From the human T2T-CHM13v2.0 reference genome, Homo sapiens, in NCBI RefSeq assembly GCF_009914755.1, contig NC_060925.1: 64,000 nucleotides of DNA. The stretch is one strand, 5' to 3'. The number at the start of each line of letters is the position of its first letter. Position 1 is the stretch's first letter. Shown here in pieces: positions 13,601-26,639 of the stretch. Made by a program: the position numbers and the translations under genes. The notes beneath the pieces are model-generated. The model made no database searches and was not told where the DNA came from. It saw only the letters and a list, made by a program, of their open reading frames with translations.

Positions 13601-15873
13601 TTTAGCTGCAGGGGTAAGGTGTGGGGAGAGCCCAGTATTATTGGGGGCAGTGCCATCAGAGCTCTGTGACAGCCAGAGGGTCTTGTTGCCCTCCCATTTG
13701 TCCCTCTCCTGGCCTCTCAGACCCTTCCCCAGGCCAGCCCTCCTGAGACTGCCCTCAGGACTCTGAACCCCCAAACAAGAAGGCTTTGTATTATGGAGCC
13801 AAAGAGCATGGGTTTAGGAGGCCTTGGCCGGCATGGTGCAAGCAGTCTGTCAATTCTCTCTGCCTGATTTTTGCCCCTAATCACTTTCCTGTCCTGGGTG
13901 TGATACTCCAGGAAAACCTACAGGAGGCCTTGGGGTGTCAGCTTGGGATGCTTGGGGTTCAGGACTCTGACCCCACCCCCTCCTCTTGAGTGTCCTTGAC
14001 CTTACTAGGGTCTTGGCCACTGGCTTCTGAGTAACGCTAAGGGTCAGGCAGGCTAACAGGGGAGGGGGTGCCTGCCATGAGGCACCTTGAGAGTCCTGTT
14101 GTCTATGGCCCTCCAGGGCATCAGGATCTCAGCCGTGCAGAGGAATCGGGCCAGCAAGGAGAGTGGGGTGAAATGCCAGGGAGCAGGGATGTGCAGGAGG
14201 AGCTGAAAGAAGGGGCCAGTCCCTGTCCTGAGTTGGATATATCCCCAGCCTGCCATTGGCCACACAAGCCTGGCTGTGAGCAGGAGCCAGGAACTTCCTG
14301 GGCCAGGGTCGGACTCCTCCATCTCTGGGGCCTGGGAAGAGGGTAAACCCAGCCCAGGGAAGTACTGCTCAGCTGTGCTGCAGCGCCACTCTCCCTGTCC
14401 CACCCCCATCTCAGGGCATCTGGCAGGGGTTTCCCATGACCTCCCCAGAGACAGGAGACGCTGCAGAGTCAGGCTTCGCCCAGAGCCCAGAGCTGTGACG
14501 GTATTGGCATCTGCATCTGGTGGGGAATGGCCAGTGGGGACTGGGCCCTGGGGATGCTCCCCTGCTGAGGAATGCAGAGCAACAGAAGGCTGGCTGTGGA
14601 GGGCAGCAAGCCTCTCCCCACCACACCGGCCCTGGCCCCCTGCCCACACTGCATGCAGGACAGCTCTCCAGGGTGCACCTTAAGTCAGCCTCAGGTGGGA
14701 CCAGCCCAGCCTTCATAAAGGACAGGGGGCTTCACCTCAGGAAAGCAGAGGGATAGACACTCAGGCATTTGGGGATGGGATGGCAGCATGACCTCCTTTC
14801 CACACCCCAGAGCAGCTGGAGGTGAAAGAGAAAGTCCTCCAGAAACAGGGTACTGCAGCCAACACTGCTGCCGCCTGCCCTGGAGCTTCACATAGGGATT
14901 GAGGTGGGTGGATCTCTGGGGCCAAGGAAGAGCCGTTCCAGTCCAGCTTCCCTCATGGCAGGGAAGCAACCTCTGACCCCCACCCAGCCCAGGGCCCTCT
15001 CAGTGCCCCTCTGGCTGTTCTAAGAGGGAGGGGCACAGAAGACATTGCTTTCCTCCTCAATGTTCTCAATACTTTCTAGAGGGTAAAATGAAAGGCTAGG
15101 AGACCTAGCACACATGGGGTTCCGCCCTTTGGTGTGTGTGAGGTGGGGGGCCAGCAAAAGACTTGGCTGCCCCCAGAATATCCTTCCTGAGAGAGTGCCA
15201 AGGTGGAATTCAGGCAGGAAGACACATGCCAGGGATGGCTGCAGTGATCTAAGAAAGGGAGAATGTGGCTGGAGAAGCTCCCCAAACACAAACGATGACA
15301 GCACGGATTTAGGAGCTAGGACCATGGTGGTGCCAGGCAGCCCCATGCTGCTAAGCAATCCCATACAGGAGAATCTGGACAGCCTCAGCCCTGCCACACA
15401 TCTGCACAGCACCATGTGCCTTTCCATTTTCACTTTCCCACATTCATGTTCACGGCCACTGTGTGTAGTAAAGCATTTGAAGAAACTGAGGCATAGAGAC
15501 TTCAAGAACACAGCTAATTAGCACCTCAATTAGGAGGCAGCTTAGAGTTGCATGAAGAGCATGTGTTCACAACTGAGAATACCCTGGGTTCAAATCCAGC
15601 CTCCTCCATTTGCCACCTGTGTTTGTGCATCTATATGATGGGAATAACATCAATCACCTAGCCAGCTGAATGGGATGCTGTAGGCACAGAGTAAGTGTTC
15701 AATACATTATAGTGCTTAGCCACCTCCTGGTTCATACTCCTCTCCACCACACCATGCATTCTGCTCTAAATTAATATATTAATCAAAGGACTGGAGGTGA
15801 ATTCAATTTACTAAATAGTTCACTAAAGCTTAAACTACAGAGACATCTCTTAGGTACACTTACATTAGGGCCC

Positions 15874-16174
<301 letters not shown>

Positions 16175-17746
16175 TAGGACCCATTTTTTTTAAAAAAACA
16201 TTTTATTTATATTCAATTCCTCAGGAATCTACTCTGCATTTTGTTCCCTCCAAAGATTTTATGTCCGTCTTCCTCCAAGCCACTGCTCTTCACAAATGAA
16301 CAAACCAGAACACAGCAGTTCCCATTTTCCAGTGGGTAAAACTGAGGCCCACAAAAGACAAACAGGGAAGGTGCCCCATGACGAAGCCAGTGGATGAATT
16401 GCATCAGTTCCTGCCCTGCCCTTTGCCCCCAGGGTTGCAAAAATAAGCATGCCAGGCACATATCACCTCTGCCACCTCCCTGGCCCAGGCCTGGGCCCCG
16501 CCTCACCTCCACTTGGAGGTTTTCAAAAGCTGAGATCCAATCAGGCAGGCAGGCTGGGTGGTGGAGGGGGAGGTTTCCGGGGCCTGTGGTTACTACACTC
16601 CACTTCCTTATGATGACATAAACCCTATTTCTGCAGCAGGAGGCCACCACCAAGATTCTCAGGTCTCCACACAGCCCACATGAGGCCCTGTATGGGCCTC
16701 AGTTTCTGAGATCTGTAAACTGGACACAGGTGGCATTGATTGGCATTGACTGGCTTTGGGACTCGGAAGGCACCCCAAATACCCATTCCCCCACAGTTTC
16801 TTCTGTCTTCTTCAGTCTTTCTCTCCCAAGCCACCACTGCTCTTGGTTCAAAATTCAGACAGTCATTGACCAAGATTTCAGAGTAGCCTAGAACTAGGGA
16901 AATAACTGCAGCTAGAGAACCCAAATGGGAGAGGGCTGGGGTGCAATCTAACATTGTCCCTTGGGTCCCTTGGATCCCCCCCAAACCCCTACCTATCCCC
17001 TACTTAACCCTGTAGTATCAACAGATGGATGCTGGGCTGGCCAAGCACCGCCAAGCAGACTAAAGGAAGGAAGCTTAGGGAAGCCAGGCAGAGATAAGAG
17101 GGGAGGGGGCTAGGCAACACTGAGGTCTCCCCTCATGGTGGGGGCTCAGAGCTGGGGACTTGAAAGGGTCTTAAACAAATTTGCCATGTGACTTAGCTTC
17201 CTTCCCCAATTTCAACTTTGCCAACTTGCATTTCTTAACAGCTACCCCTTTCTCGCCCCATTTGTCAGGCCTATATCTCTGCAGCCTGGGGCAGGTCACA
17301 GCTCCGCCCCACCTCTCTCTAGCCTTGCTACACACCTCCTCCCCCAGGTGACTGCCAGTTCTAGTCCAGCCCAGGAAGCTGAGAATCTTTACAGTACAAG
17401 GGGATTAATGGATAAAGGGATCACAGGGCAGGCTGGAGAGGCCAGCCTGGGAATCCCTTGGTGCAAAGCCGACTAGCCTGGGTTCAGGGACAGATGGGCC
17501 AGATTCCATCTAGCTGGGGAGGCCACAAGGTGGGGCTTTTGGGGTCTGCTCACCCCTGAACTTTCTTCCCTTACCCTGAGCCCCAGGTCCTGAAAGTTTC
17601 CTCCTCCGGCTCTCCAGGAGCCCAGGCCTTCACTGAAGCGTTTCACAGCCAGCCAGCTTCGATCTCTTCATCCCAAACAGATTGCAGGGCCAAGAGCCTT
17701 AGGCCTGGCACTTCTCACCTAGTCTAATAGCCCTGGGACCTCTCTC

Positions 17747-17750
<4 letters not shown>

Positions 17751-17785
<35 letters not shown>
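17751..17785. repeat. (AC)n microsatellite
   Basis: About 17 perfect AC units. Confidence 0.97.
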
Positions 17786-17788
<3 letters not shown>

Positions 17789-19959
17789 AGACCACACCTG
17801 TCTCATTCCTGGCCTTCCCTGTCTGAAGAGCTGGACTCCAGGCTCGCTATGTTATTCTCATGGAAATTCAGAAGGCACTTCAGTTGGATTCAAGAAAGGA
17901 CTTCCAGAAAGTCAGAAAGACAGCTGAACCTGGCAGGAGGTAGTGAGCCCTGGGGCTGGACTAGGCCCTGGACAAGCCTTGCCCTTCCCATAAATGGTCT
18001 ACTGTAGTGCAGCCCACCACCCAGTCTTTCAGGTGAGAGAAGTGATTTCTGGGGGTGCTGCGGGGGAGGATGGGTAGAAGAGGATCTAAAAACAAGGAAA
18101 ACTCCCCCTACAGCCCATCACTGGTACCATCTGCTCTCCTTCCCAGCCCAGCCCAGCCCCAGCTCAGTCCTAAGCTCTCTGATTAGAAACTGGGTTCTGT
18201 CCAGGCATTGTCTGCTGTACACGGCCGGCTGCCCATTGAGGTCTGGCGTGTGCCGGGGCTGGGCGCTCATGCTGGGGTGGGAGGGGAGGAGTGGGCGGGG
18301 CCCTTACCTTCCCGGAGACCCTGAAAGCCTGACTTCTGATGCTCAAATGCCCCACCCCCAATCCAGATCAGCAACTGAAAGGCAAGGCGTGGGGGCACCC
18401 AGACCCCACTTAGGGCAATCTGACTGGGAACCAGAGATGACACACATGGTCCTGAACTGGGTGCAGAGGGCAGGCATGATCCCTTCTCTGCAGAAAGGGT
18501 CCCGGGAAGCTTCTAGAGGTGGCAGTGGGAAGAGAACATCAGCTTCTCCTCACTGTGCCAATCCCATGAGGCTCCCCGGGTGGGAGTCCCACATCTTTTC
18601 AGCCCCAGTCCAGCCTGGAGACCTGAACAGAGGTAGGGGGCCTTTGTTTAGCTCTCTCCAGCAAGATGGAATCTAAAGGAAACCCCCTGTGGAAAGGGCA
18701 CCCCCAAGCCCCTTCCTTCCCAGCCCTCATTCACAATGGGTGGGGGCCAGAGCTTCATTTCCCTTTTATGGTGTTCTCGGACTCTCCCAATCTGCTGCAG
18801 ATGCCATATTTACATTTCTCACTCCCACCCCCCAGCCATGCACCCCTCCCTCGACCTCCACAAGATCCTGCTGCAATGTCAGCCCCAGCAGCAGCCTGGC
18901 CCCGCCCCAGTCAGCCCACCAGGCACCTGCAGGGCTCCTCTTTGTCTCTGGCTGCTCAGGGCCAGGAAAGCTGTGCTCAAGTGATTCTTGAGTGCTGCCT
19001 AGGGTGCATGGGTGGGGGTGCCTCAATCTCCTTCCCTTCACCCAAGCACTGATCAGTGTCAGCTCCTCTTTGGGCTGCAGAGGCCTGGCCAGGTGGCCGT
19101 GGCAAGGGGCATCTGCCCTGGGGCAGGAAGAAGAAAGCTTTTTCATTGCCATCTCTGACTCTGTCTAGGAGCAACCTCCTAGGACCCCTGGAATCTGGGT
19201 CACATATGACCCAAGGGATCTAGAGACCTGAGAGACCTACCCTAGACCTGGACAATCCCCCGCCCCCTCCATCATACAGGGCTGGGGCAGAGATAGATGT
19301 TCTTGCCACATCCCTACCTTGGTGAGCAGCTCCAGATTGGCACTCTGCCGCCAAGACACCCCTCTCAAAGAGAAAAACCCAAAGCAAAAACTGGGAGAAG
19401 TGGTGAGGTGTGAAGCATCTCCACCCAGCACAAAGAACACAGATGGCTCAATTTCACAGCATTTCCTGCTCCTGCACCTTTGTGTACCCCTCCCAATAGA
19501 ACCCACCCAGCCATGTCCTCTCCCTGTCTCATTTCTGCCGGCTCAAGTCCCGGAGCTGTTGAGAATGGAACCCCAGATAAGTCTAGGCAACCCTCCCCTG
19601 CTCAATTTTATCTGAGTGCCTGAGGATGGGGCATCTGCATCACACCCTCCTGCCCTCTCAGAGAGAAGCACCTCAGATACACCTCTTCCTCCCTTCCTAG
19701 GCCCATCTCCTCTTGGGACAGGACTGGTAGGATTCTCCCCCAAAGCCATTGACTTCCCACAGAAGGCCAAGGCATCATCCCAGCTTTTCCGTTGGTCCCC
19801 GCACCCGATCTTTGTCTGCAGATCTGGCTCCCAGGGTGGGTGTGCTGCCTTTGCTAGCTGGACCAAGAGCACATAACTAGCTGACTCGCATGGATGAGGG
19901 GAAATTTCCCTCTCTGGTATCCCCGTATGAGACAGCAGCCTCGTGGGGAGGCGAAGAGG

Positions 19960-20900
19960 AAACGCACAGACGCTCCGGCCTGGGCCAGAGCTGGGTGTGA
20001 AATACCGGATTTCCTTGTTTATTCGATTTTCTGATCATTAAGGGCTCCCAAGAGGGGCCCAAAATTACCACCCAAACAAAGCCACCTTCCAGTAGTCGGC
20101 GGGGTCGCCGCTCCCCTGCGGCAGACTGGCCAGCGCGCGGCGCCCTCCATCCCGTCCCACGCCGGCCCCTCCTCCGGGAGTGCAGGCTCCAGCCCAAGCG
20201 GTGCTCGCGCCCCCCGCCCAAAGCCCACGCGAGACAAAGCCCGAGGCTTCTCCGCGCGCCCCCTTCCCCGCCCCGGGTCCCTACCTGACGGCCACCTTGA
20301 CGCAGCAGTCCCCCTGGCCGGCCATGGCCCTCTGGAGCTAGGGTCTGGGCGTGGATCAGAGGCGGGGGTCTGGGGGCCAATGCCCGAGGCAGCGGCTGCG
20401 GCTGCGGGAGGCGGGGGCGCGGGCGCGGCTGGCGGAGGCTGCGGCGGCGGCGGCTGGAGGTGACATGCTCGCGGGCGGCAGGCCGAGGGGCTCACCCGCG
20501 GCCGGCCCCCCGGGGCTGGGCCCGCGCGCCTCCTCGCGCCATCGGGCGGCGGCGCGGAGCTAGCTGACAGCCGGCGGCGCGACCCGCCGCTCCCTACGGC
20601 GCGGCACACGCGCACACACCTCCCACCCGGCAGCCACCTCCCGCCGCAGCGCGAACAAAGGGGGCGGGGGCCGATCCGGCCCCGAGCCCGCCCCGAGCCA
20701 GCCCCGAGCCCAGGCCGGGCCCCGCCCCGCCCAGGAGCCGCCAATCGAAAGCCCTAATGAGCAGTGGGGGCGGGACTCGCGCCTTTAAAGGGACCTCTTG
20801 GCTCGCGGCCACGGGGTGGCTGGGGGTAGGGGGCGGGATTGAAGGGTGGGGGTGGGGGTAGGGGTGGGAGTAGGGGTGGGGGCGCTGGACGCAGACCACG
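19960..20900 (-). promoter_or_regulatory. KIF21B: KIF21B CpG-island promoter with GC boxes (~20661-20670, ~20721-20732) and a CCAAT box (20741-20745)
   Basis: Very high GC and CpG density around the first exon. Confidence 0.9.
20285..20325 (-). CDS. KIF21B: KIF21B exon 1 coding part (MAGQGDCCVKVAVR)
   Basis: ATG in strong Kozak context (gccATGG) at 20325-20323; AG|gtagg donor; 41 nt. Confidence 0.95.
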
Positions 20901-23900
20901 TTAGAACCTCGGCTCCTGGAGTAGCAGAACCTCGGCTTCAATGGGACCCTCATTTCATAAATGAAGAAACTGAGATTCAAAGAGGGGAACTACCGAAGGT
21001 TACAGAGCGAGTTCGTGGGTAAGCATGGTAAGAACCCTGGTCTCCCGGGGATCCCACAGCGATTGACGGTTTATAGTTCAAAAGAGCCAGGAAAGCTTCC
21101 CTTCTGCATTTATTCCAGTAAATTCGCCAACCCTTCTCGAAGGGAGTTCTTGCTAGCCCCTAACTAAAATTTCCCCCACCTCCACCCTGCAGCATCTTAA
21201 AGCTCATGTTTTAGTTGATTCCTGGCCAGGCTCCTAGCCCAAGACTAGCCCCTCCCTACTGCTAGACGACTGTCCCATTGACCTTTATGACCCACAGATG
21301 ACCCCACTGGGCCTGGCTCACACTCTGCTTGTTGTGGCTGTGGGGCCAGAGGGTCAGTGTGGGAGGCCTGAGCTGCCCTGGGGGAAAGGAGGGAACAAAG
21401 GGGGCCCTCAGTTCCGAGCACCTGGGTAGAGAGGCTGGGCGGTGAAGTGGGTGGGGAAGGGAAGGAGGGCAGCTGCCTGCAGGAATGGGTATAAAGGACA
21501 AGGAGGACCATGGAGACTTTAACGCTGGGCCTGGATGGAGGAGGAGACCAGTGCTGCAAAGTCACAATTCCCTTCCCAGTCCATCTCCCTCCCTCTGAGC
21601 CCAGACGCCTCTTCCCTGCCCCCTGCCTCCCAACATTGGGGCCATTCACAGGGCCCCTCACCAGCTGCCCTCACTTCACCCAGCTCCCTCCCCTGGAAAG
21701 GGCCCAAGAGGAGGACCCAGCTGCAGCCCCAGATGTGGATGGGGATCTCTGGGGGAGGGGAGGAAGGGGAGTCTGACTCCAGGCCTCTTACATTACCCTC
21801 AGATGATGAAACCATGTCAGAGATTTTGGCAAGGGTGTGGACTGGGGTCTGAGGATGCATCTGTTGGTACCATCTTCCTCCCCTTCCCTCCTCCACTCAC
21901 ACCCCCCTCCCCGCCAATAACTGCTTCATGCAGTAGCTCAGATCCCTGTTTGGCTTGACCTATTAAGGTCAAATCAAAACCAAAGATAATTTCAAGGGCA
22001 AATTTCAAGGGCCAATCAACACATCCTTTTCATCCCCATGGCAAACAGGAGGAGCACCGCCAGCAGTGCCCCCATGATGGGGGCTGGAGAAGAGGTCTTG
22101 GTGGTATCCTGGACCTTTTATTAGCATTTGAATCTAGAGGAAGCTCTCCCTGGGGCCAGGGGATCACCTCTCCTGGACCAGGAGGTTAGCAGAATGTTGC
22201 AGTCATATCCTGCAACATTCCTCCCCATCTTCCAACCAAAATAATTCGTGGGGAGGAGACTAACACATATGGACCACCTACACAAGGTATTTTATGCACA
22301 TATTCTCATTTTTTCCCTATAACCTTGTAAGCTAGGCTTTTTTATTCTTTTTAAATTTTGCAGATGGGGAAACTGAGCCTCACATGTATGAATTCCAGCA
22401 TATAAGCAACAGACTCCAGATTTGGACATGTATATCTTATTCCAGGCTTCCCAGATGACCACCAAGGTGGAAGGGATGATGATGTCCAGGCAGAAGGGAG
22501 CTAGGCCGGCCCAGGCTTTTCCTCTAGGCACAGCGGACTCCAGGTTCAGCCTTCCCGGATGGTAATGTTGCATTCTGAAGAGCTACTTTCCCGCCAACTC
22601 ATCTCTGGACTTCTCTGGGGCCCAACTCTGGTTTCCTGCCTGCAGGAGGTCCCCTCTGACTTCCGACAGTAGATGACCCTTCTGACTCACAGTTCTACTG
22701 CTGGGAAATGCCTCCAGAGCTGCTGCCCACCCTCTCTGCATCCCTCCAGGTCACTGGGTGTTGAGTCAGGGGAAGCAGGGATACACACGGGCGGGAAACT
22801 CAGGTCTCCTAAATGTCAGAGCCTCAGGACTTCGGCTACTCAGAAGTAGCTCCCTCCTGGGCCACCAGGGAGCAGCAGGGCAGCCAGCATCCAGACATCC
22901 CCCCTGGGTTCTGCTGCTCAGAGGCTAGATGGAGAACCAAGGTGGGAAAAAGGCTTAAACCACAGCGTGGGGAGATTTAGGTTAGATGGGTCAGAGGAAG
23001 TTTAGGACAAGCCTTGCCCTTTTCAGTTTCTGTCCAGCTTCAGCACAGCCACTGCTTCCTCTCTTTGGTTTTTACCCATCCCCCTCTCTCCCATCACCTC
23101 TATCCCCTTCCAGCTTTCCTTTCCTTCCCTCCTTCCCAAACCCCAGAGTTTCTCAGGATTAGCTGCCCGTGTGCCTATCTCCCCCACCCCCATGCTTTCC
23201 TCACTGTCTCACAGAAACAGGCAAACACACACACATGCATACAACCATGAGCTGGCCCTGAGAGTTCTCTGACTGGACTGGGGTTGGAGCCCCAGCTCTT
23301 GTCCTGAGCTGAGGCCCTTCCCCCAGGTATCTTGGGGCTTCCATCATTTCTCTTGACAGGAGCTGTGGGCGTCTGGGCAGATGGGAACCTGGGGGAGGTG
23401 TGGGGAGCCCTCTCTGAGGCAGGAAGCTCCCACGCTACTGTAGTTAAAATAATCCGGCAGCAACTTGGGGCAGCCATCTGGGATGCCCAGATCTTCCAGG
23501 ACACCCAGCTCTCAACAACAACCCTATAGGAACAAATCAAAAACCTAAGAGATACTTATAGGCCCTGGAAATGTCTCCCAAAAGTGGCCTGAACTTGAGC
23601 CCTGTTTCCTTTTATCTTCTTCAGGTTAGCACTGGGCATTGGCATTTGCAAAAAAACTCTAAGCATTAAGCAAAACTTGTAGGAGTGGAAGATACAGCGT
23701 TCTGGACCTCCAGTCCTAATACCCAGCCACACCCCAGCAGCTATGCATGGTTCCATGGGAGAGCAGGCATAGCCCATCCTGCTGGCATATAGTCCAGCCA
23801 TATCTTCCAATGCCCACCTGGAGACTAAGCCGAGTTCTGCCCAGCAACAGGAGCTCAGAGCTCCAGAGAGCCTCTCCTGGGGTGCAGACTCAGGAGATCT

Positions 23901-24450
23901 TAGCTCAGGAGCAGACTTAGCCTGACTTCCTCTTTTATAGGAGGAGACAGACTTAGTTACAGAGGAAACCAGAGTTGTTATAAATAGCAAGGAAGGGAGA
24001 AACCTGCTATGGATTACAAACACGCCATCAATCTTAAAACAAACTATTTTTAGTTTCAAATAATAACGAGAGTCTAATTAATGCTCTGTATAACTTCAAA
24101 TGTGGGATCTTTATCTGCCTTTCTACTTTGTGATGCTTTCTAATACAGTATTAGGGCCAAAGGCAGGAAGAGATGTGGGCAATTCTCAATGTTACCAAAT
24201 CCTAGATATGGAAAGAACCTGAGAAATTTAGTCCAGCCCTTTCATTTTCAGTGAAGAAACTCAGGCCCAGAGAGGTAAAAGGACTTGTCCAAAGTTGCAT
24301 AGTAAGGTAGGGACTGAGCAGTGACTAAAAGCCTAGTCCCTGTACTCCAGAAGCAGGACAGTTTCCACAGCAGCACAATAGAACCCAAAGGCTAAACATC
24401 TGTGGTTGGGCAGTTGGTGAGTTTATAGCCTGGATAAAAGTCAGGTCTAA

Positions 24451-24755
24451 GCCAGGTGTGGAGGCTCACGCCTGTAATCCCAGCACTTTGGGAGGCTAAG
24501 GCAGGTGAATCACTTGAGGCCAGGAGTTTGAGACCAACCTGGCCAACATGGCAAAACCTCATCTCTACTAAAAAGTACAAAAATTAGCCAGATGTGACGG
24601 CACATGCCTGTAATCCCAGCTACTCAGGAGGCTGAGGCACGAGAATCGGTTGAACCCGGGAGGTGGAGATTTCAGTGAGCCGAGATCGCACTACTGCACT
24701 TCAACCTGGGGGACAAAGCAAGACTCTGTCTCAAAAAAAAAAAAAAAAAAAAAAA
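24451..24755 (+). mobile_element. AluS
   Basis: Full-length Alu with A23 tail. Confidence 0.93.
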
Positions 24756-25494
24756 TTCTGAATGAAATAGCAAAAGACAGCCCAGAAGCTGAAGTGTGGT
24801 CTTCTGAGTCACCGAGTTTTGGGTTCACATCCCAGCTCTGCAACTGACTAGCTTTGTAACCCTGGGCCTGTGTGTAACTACTCCAAGCATCAGCTCCCAC
24901 ATCTCAAAATGAGAATAATCACACTCACTTCATTACAGGACTATTATGAGGTTTAAATGAGGTAACGTGGGTCAAGCATCCAGCACAGTGCTCAGCAAAA
25001 AATAGATGTTAATTTCCTTCCCATTTCCCTCGGATTCTCTACCCCTTCTTCAATGGATTCTTATCCTCTAACTGGACAGAAGGGCAGATTTGTCATAAAG
25101 CAGTCACGTGAGGGATAAGAAGTCTCACATGAGTGTGAATGAGGCTGGGGGTGGGGGCGTAGTTTATGGCAATGAAGTTTGCATGGCACAAGTGGTCAGT
25201 GTCAGATCCAGAGGGCGGGAGAAGACAGATTTGCAGAAAATTATCCATCCTCTGCTAACCACTCAGTGACGGGCCTCGGGGTTCAGGGTCAGTGTTTACA
25301 GGGGAGGAGGGAGGCTGGGCATGCTGGGTCCTCATTGTACACAAATACCCCGGGCCTCAACCTCACCCATGTGCCACACTGTGCCAAGGGTGTTACATAA
25401 CATTTCTCTTTTAATCCTCACAACAATCTATGAGGCAAATACTGTTCTCGTCCCCATTTTGCAGAAGAGGAAATGAGCTCAAAGGTCACTTGGC

Positions 25495-25785
25495 TAGTGT
25501 ATAGTCATTAGTGCTGTCTCCAAATATTTCCGGCTCTCTGCCTTCTGGCACAAGGTAGGACTGCATGTTCTCACTCTTTGATGCTAGCTGTGGACATGTG
25601 ACCAACTTTAACCAATAAAACGTGGCGGAACTGATGTGCGTCAGCTCTAGTGGAAGCATTAAGACTCTGGCACCCTCACACCTATGTTGTTCATAGAGTG
25701 TAAATGAGAAATAAACTTTTATTGTTAAACCACTGAACTTACAAGTTGTGTGTTGCCACGGCAAGCCTGGCCTACCCTGACACAG
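25495..25785 (+). mobile_element. Probable MaLR (MLT1-type) LTR fragment
   Basis: MLT1-like 3' end (gagaaataaacttttattgttaaaccactg...gcctggcctaccctgac); recognised by eye. Confidence 0.55.
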
Positions 25786-26639
25786 TTAGGAAGAGGCAGA
25801 GCCAGAGTTCGGAGGCCTGGTCTGTAAAGATGCCAGATGGCGTAAGTACCTTCCAGAGACTGACCTGCTTGCCTAAGACACACAGGAGCCCCTTTTTGGG
25901 CTACTTAGAGCCCTGTGGGGCAGGGGAGGAGGGTAGGCAGCCTCCCTACCCTTATCTCTTTCCCCCCGATTTGACTGTGATTTTGCGGGGTTTCCAGGTT
26001 GCTGAGCCGGGGGGACTGAATAAATGAGTGTGGTTTTGTATGAACCCTTAGGGGCTCATAGTCTTCTGGTTGGCTGTGCTGAGCTACTTATCAGGACTCT
26101 CTAGGAGACACTCTGAGAAGTAATTGGAAAATTCCGACTTCCTCTCTGCCCATCACCCAACTAGGAAATAGTTGGGTATCAGGACACGCCTGCATTCACT
26201 CCCAAATCAAAGATCGACCCTGTCAAGTCACTCTTTGCTTTGGGACTCAGTAACTCCTCTGTGAAATGGAGCCACTTCAAAGGGTTAGGGTAACTGCTCG
26301 GAGATTCTAGAGGAAGCCCATTTCGGATTGTATAGATCTTCTCAGAGGTGCCTGCAAAATAAGAACAGCTACTATTTCTGAACATTGTGCTGGGCGTTGC
26401 ACTAAATGCTTCAGATCCATACAGTCATGGAATGCTCACACAACCCATGGAGGTAGGAACATAAAGAAAACCAGGACACCAAGAGGGGCACAAGGTCACA
26501 CTGCAAGTGGTGGGCAGGGTTCAAACTCAAGCATGCTGCCTGCCAGTTTCGTCCTCTGCTGAATTACAGGGACGGAAAAGGATGAATCTTGTCTTGGCAG
26601 CTGCTGAGCTGCCAAGAAAGTGAGCACAGCTCCCTAAGG

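Noticed and set aside
20019-20744. 241-aa and 167-aa Pro/Ala/Arg-rich ORFs over the CpG island
   Set aside because: Stop-poor GC-rich sequence; the real KIF21B start is the 41-nt coding part of exon 1.
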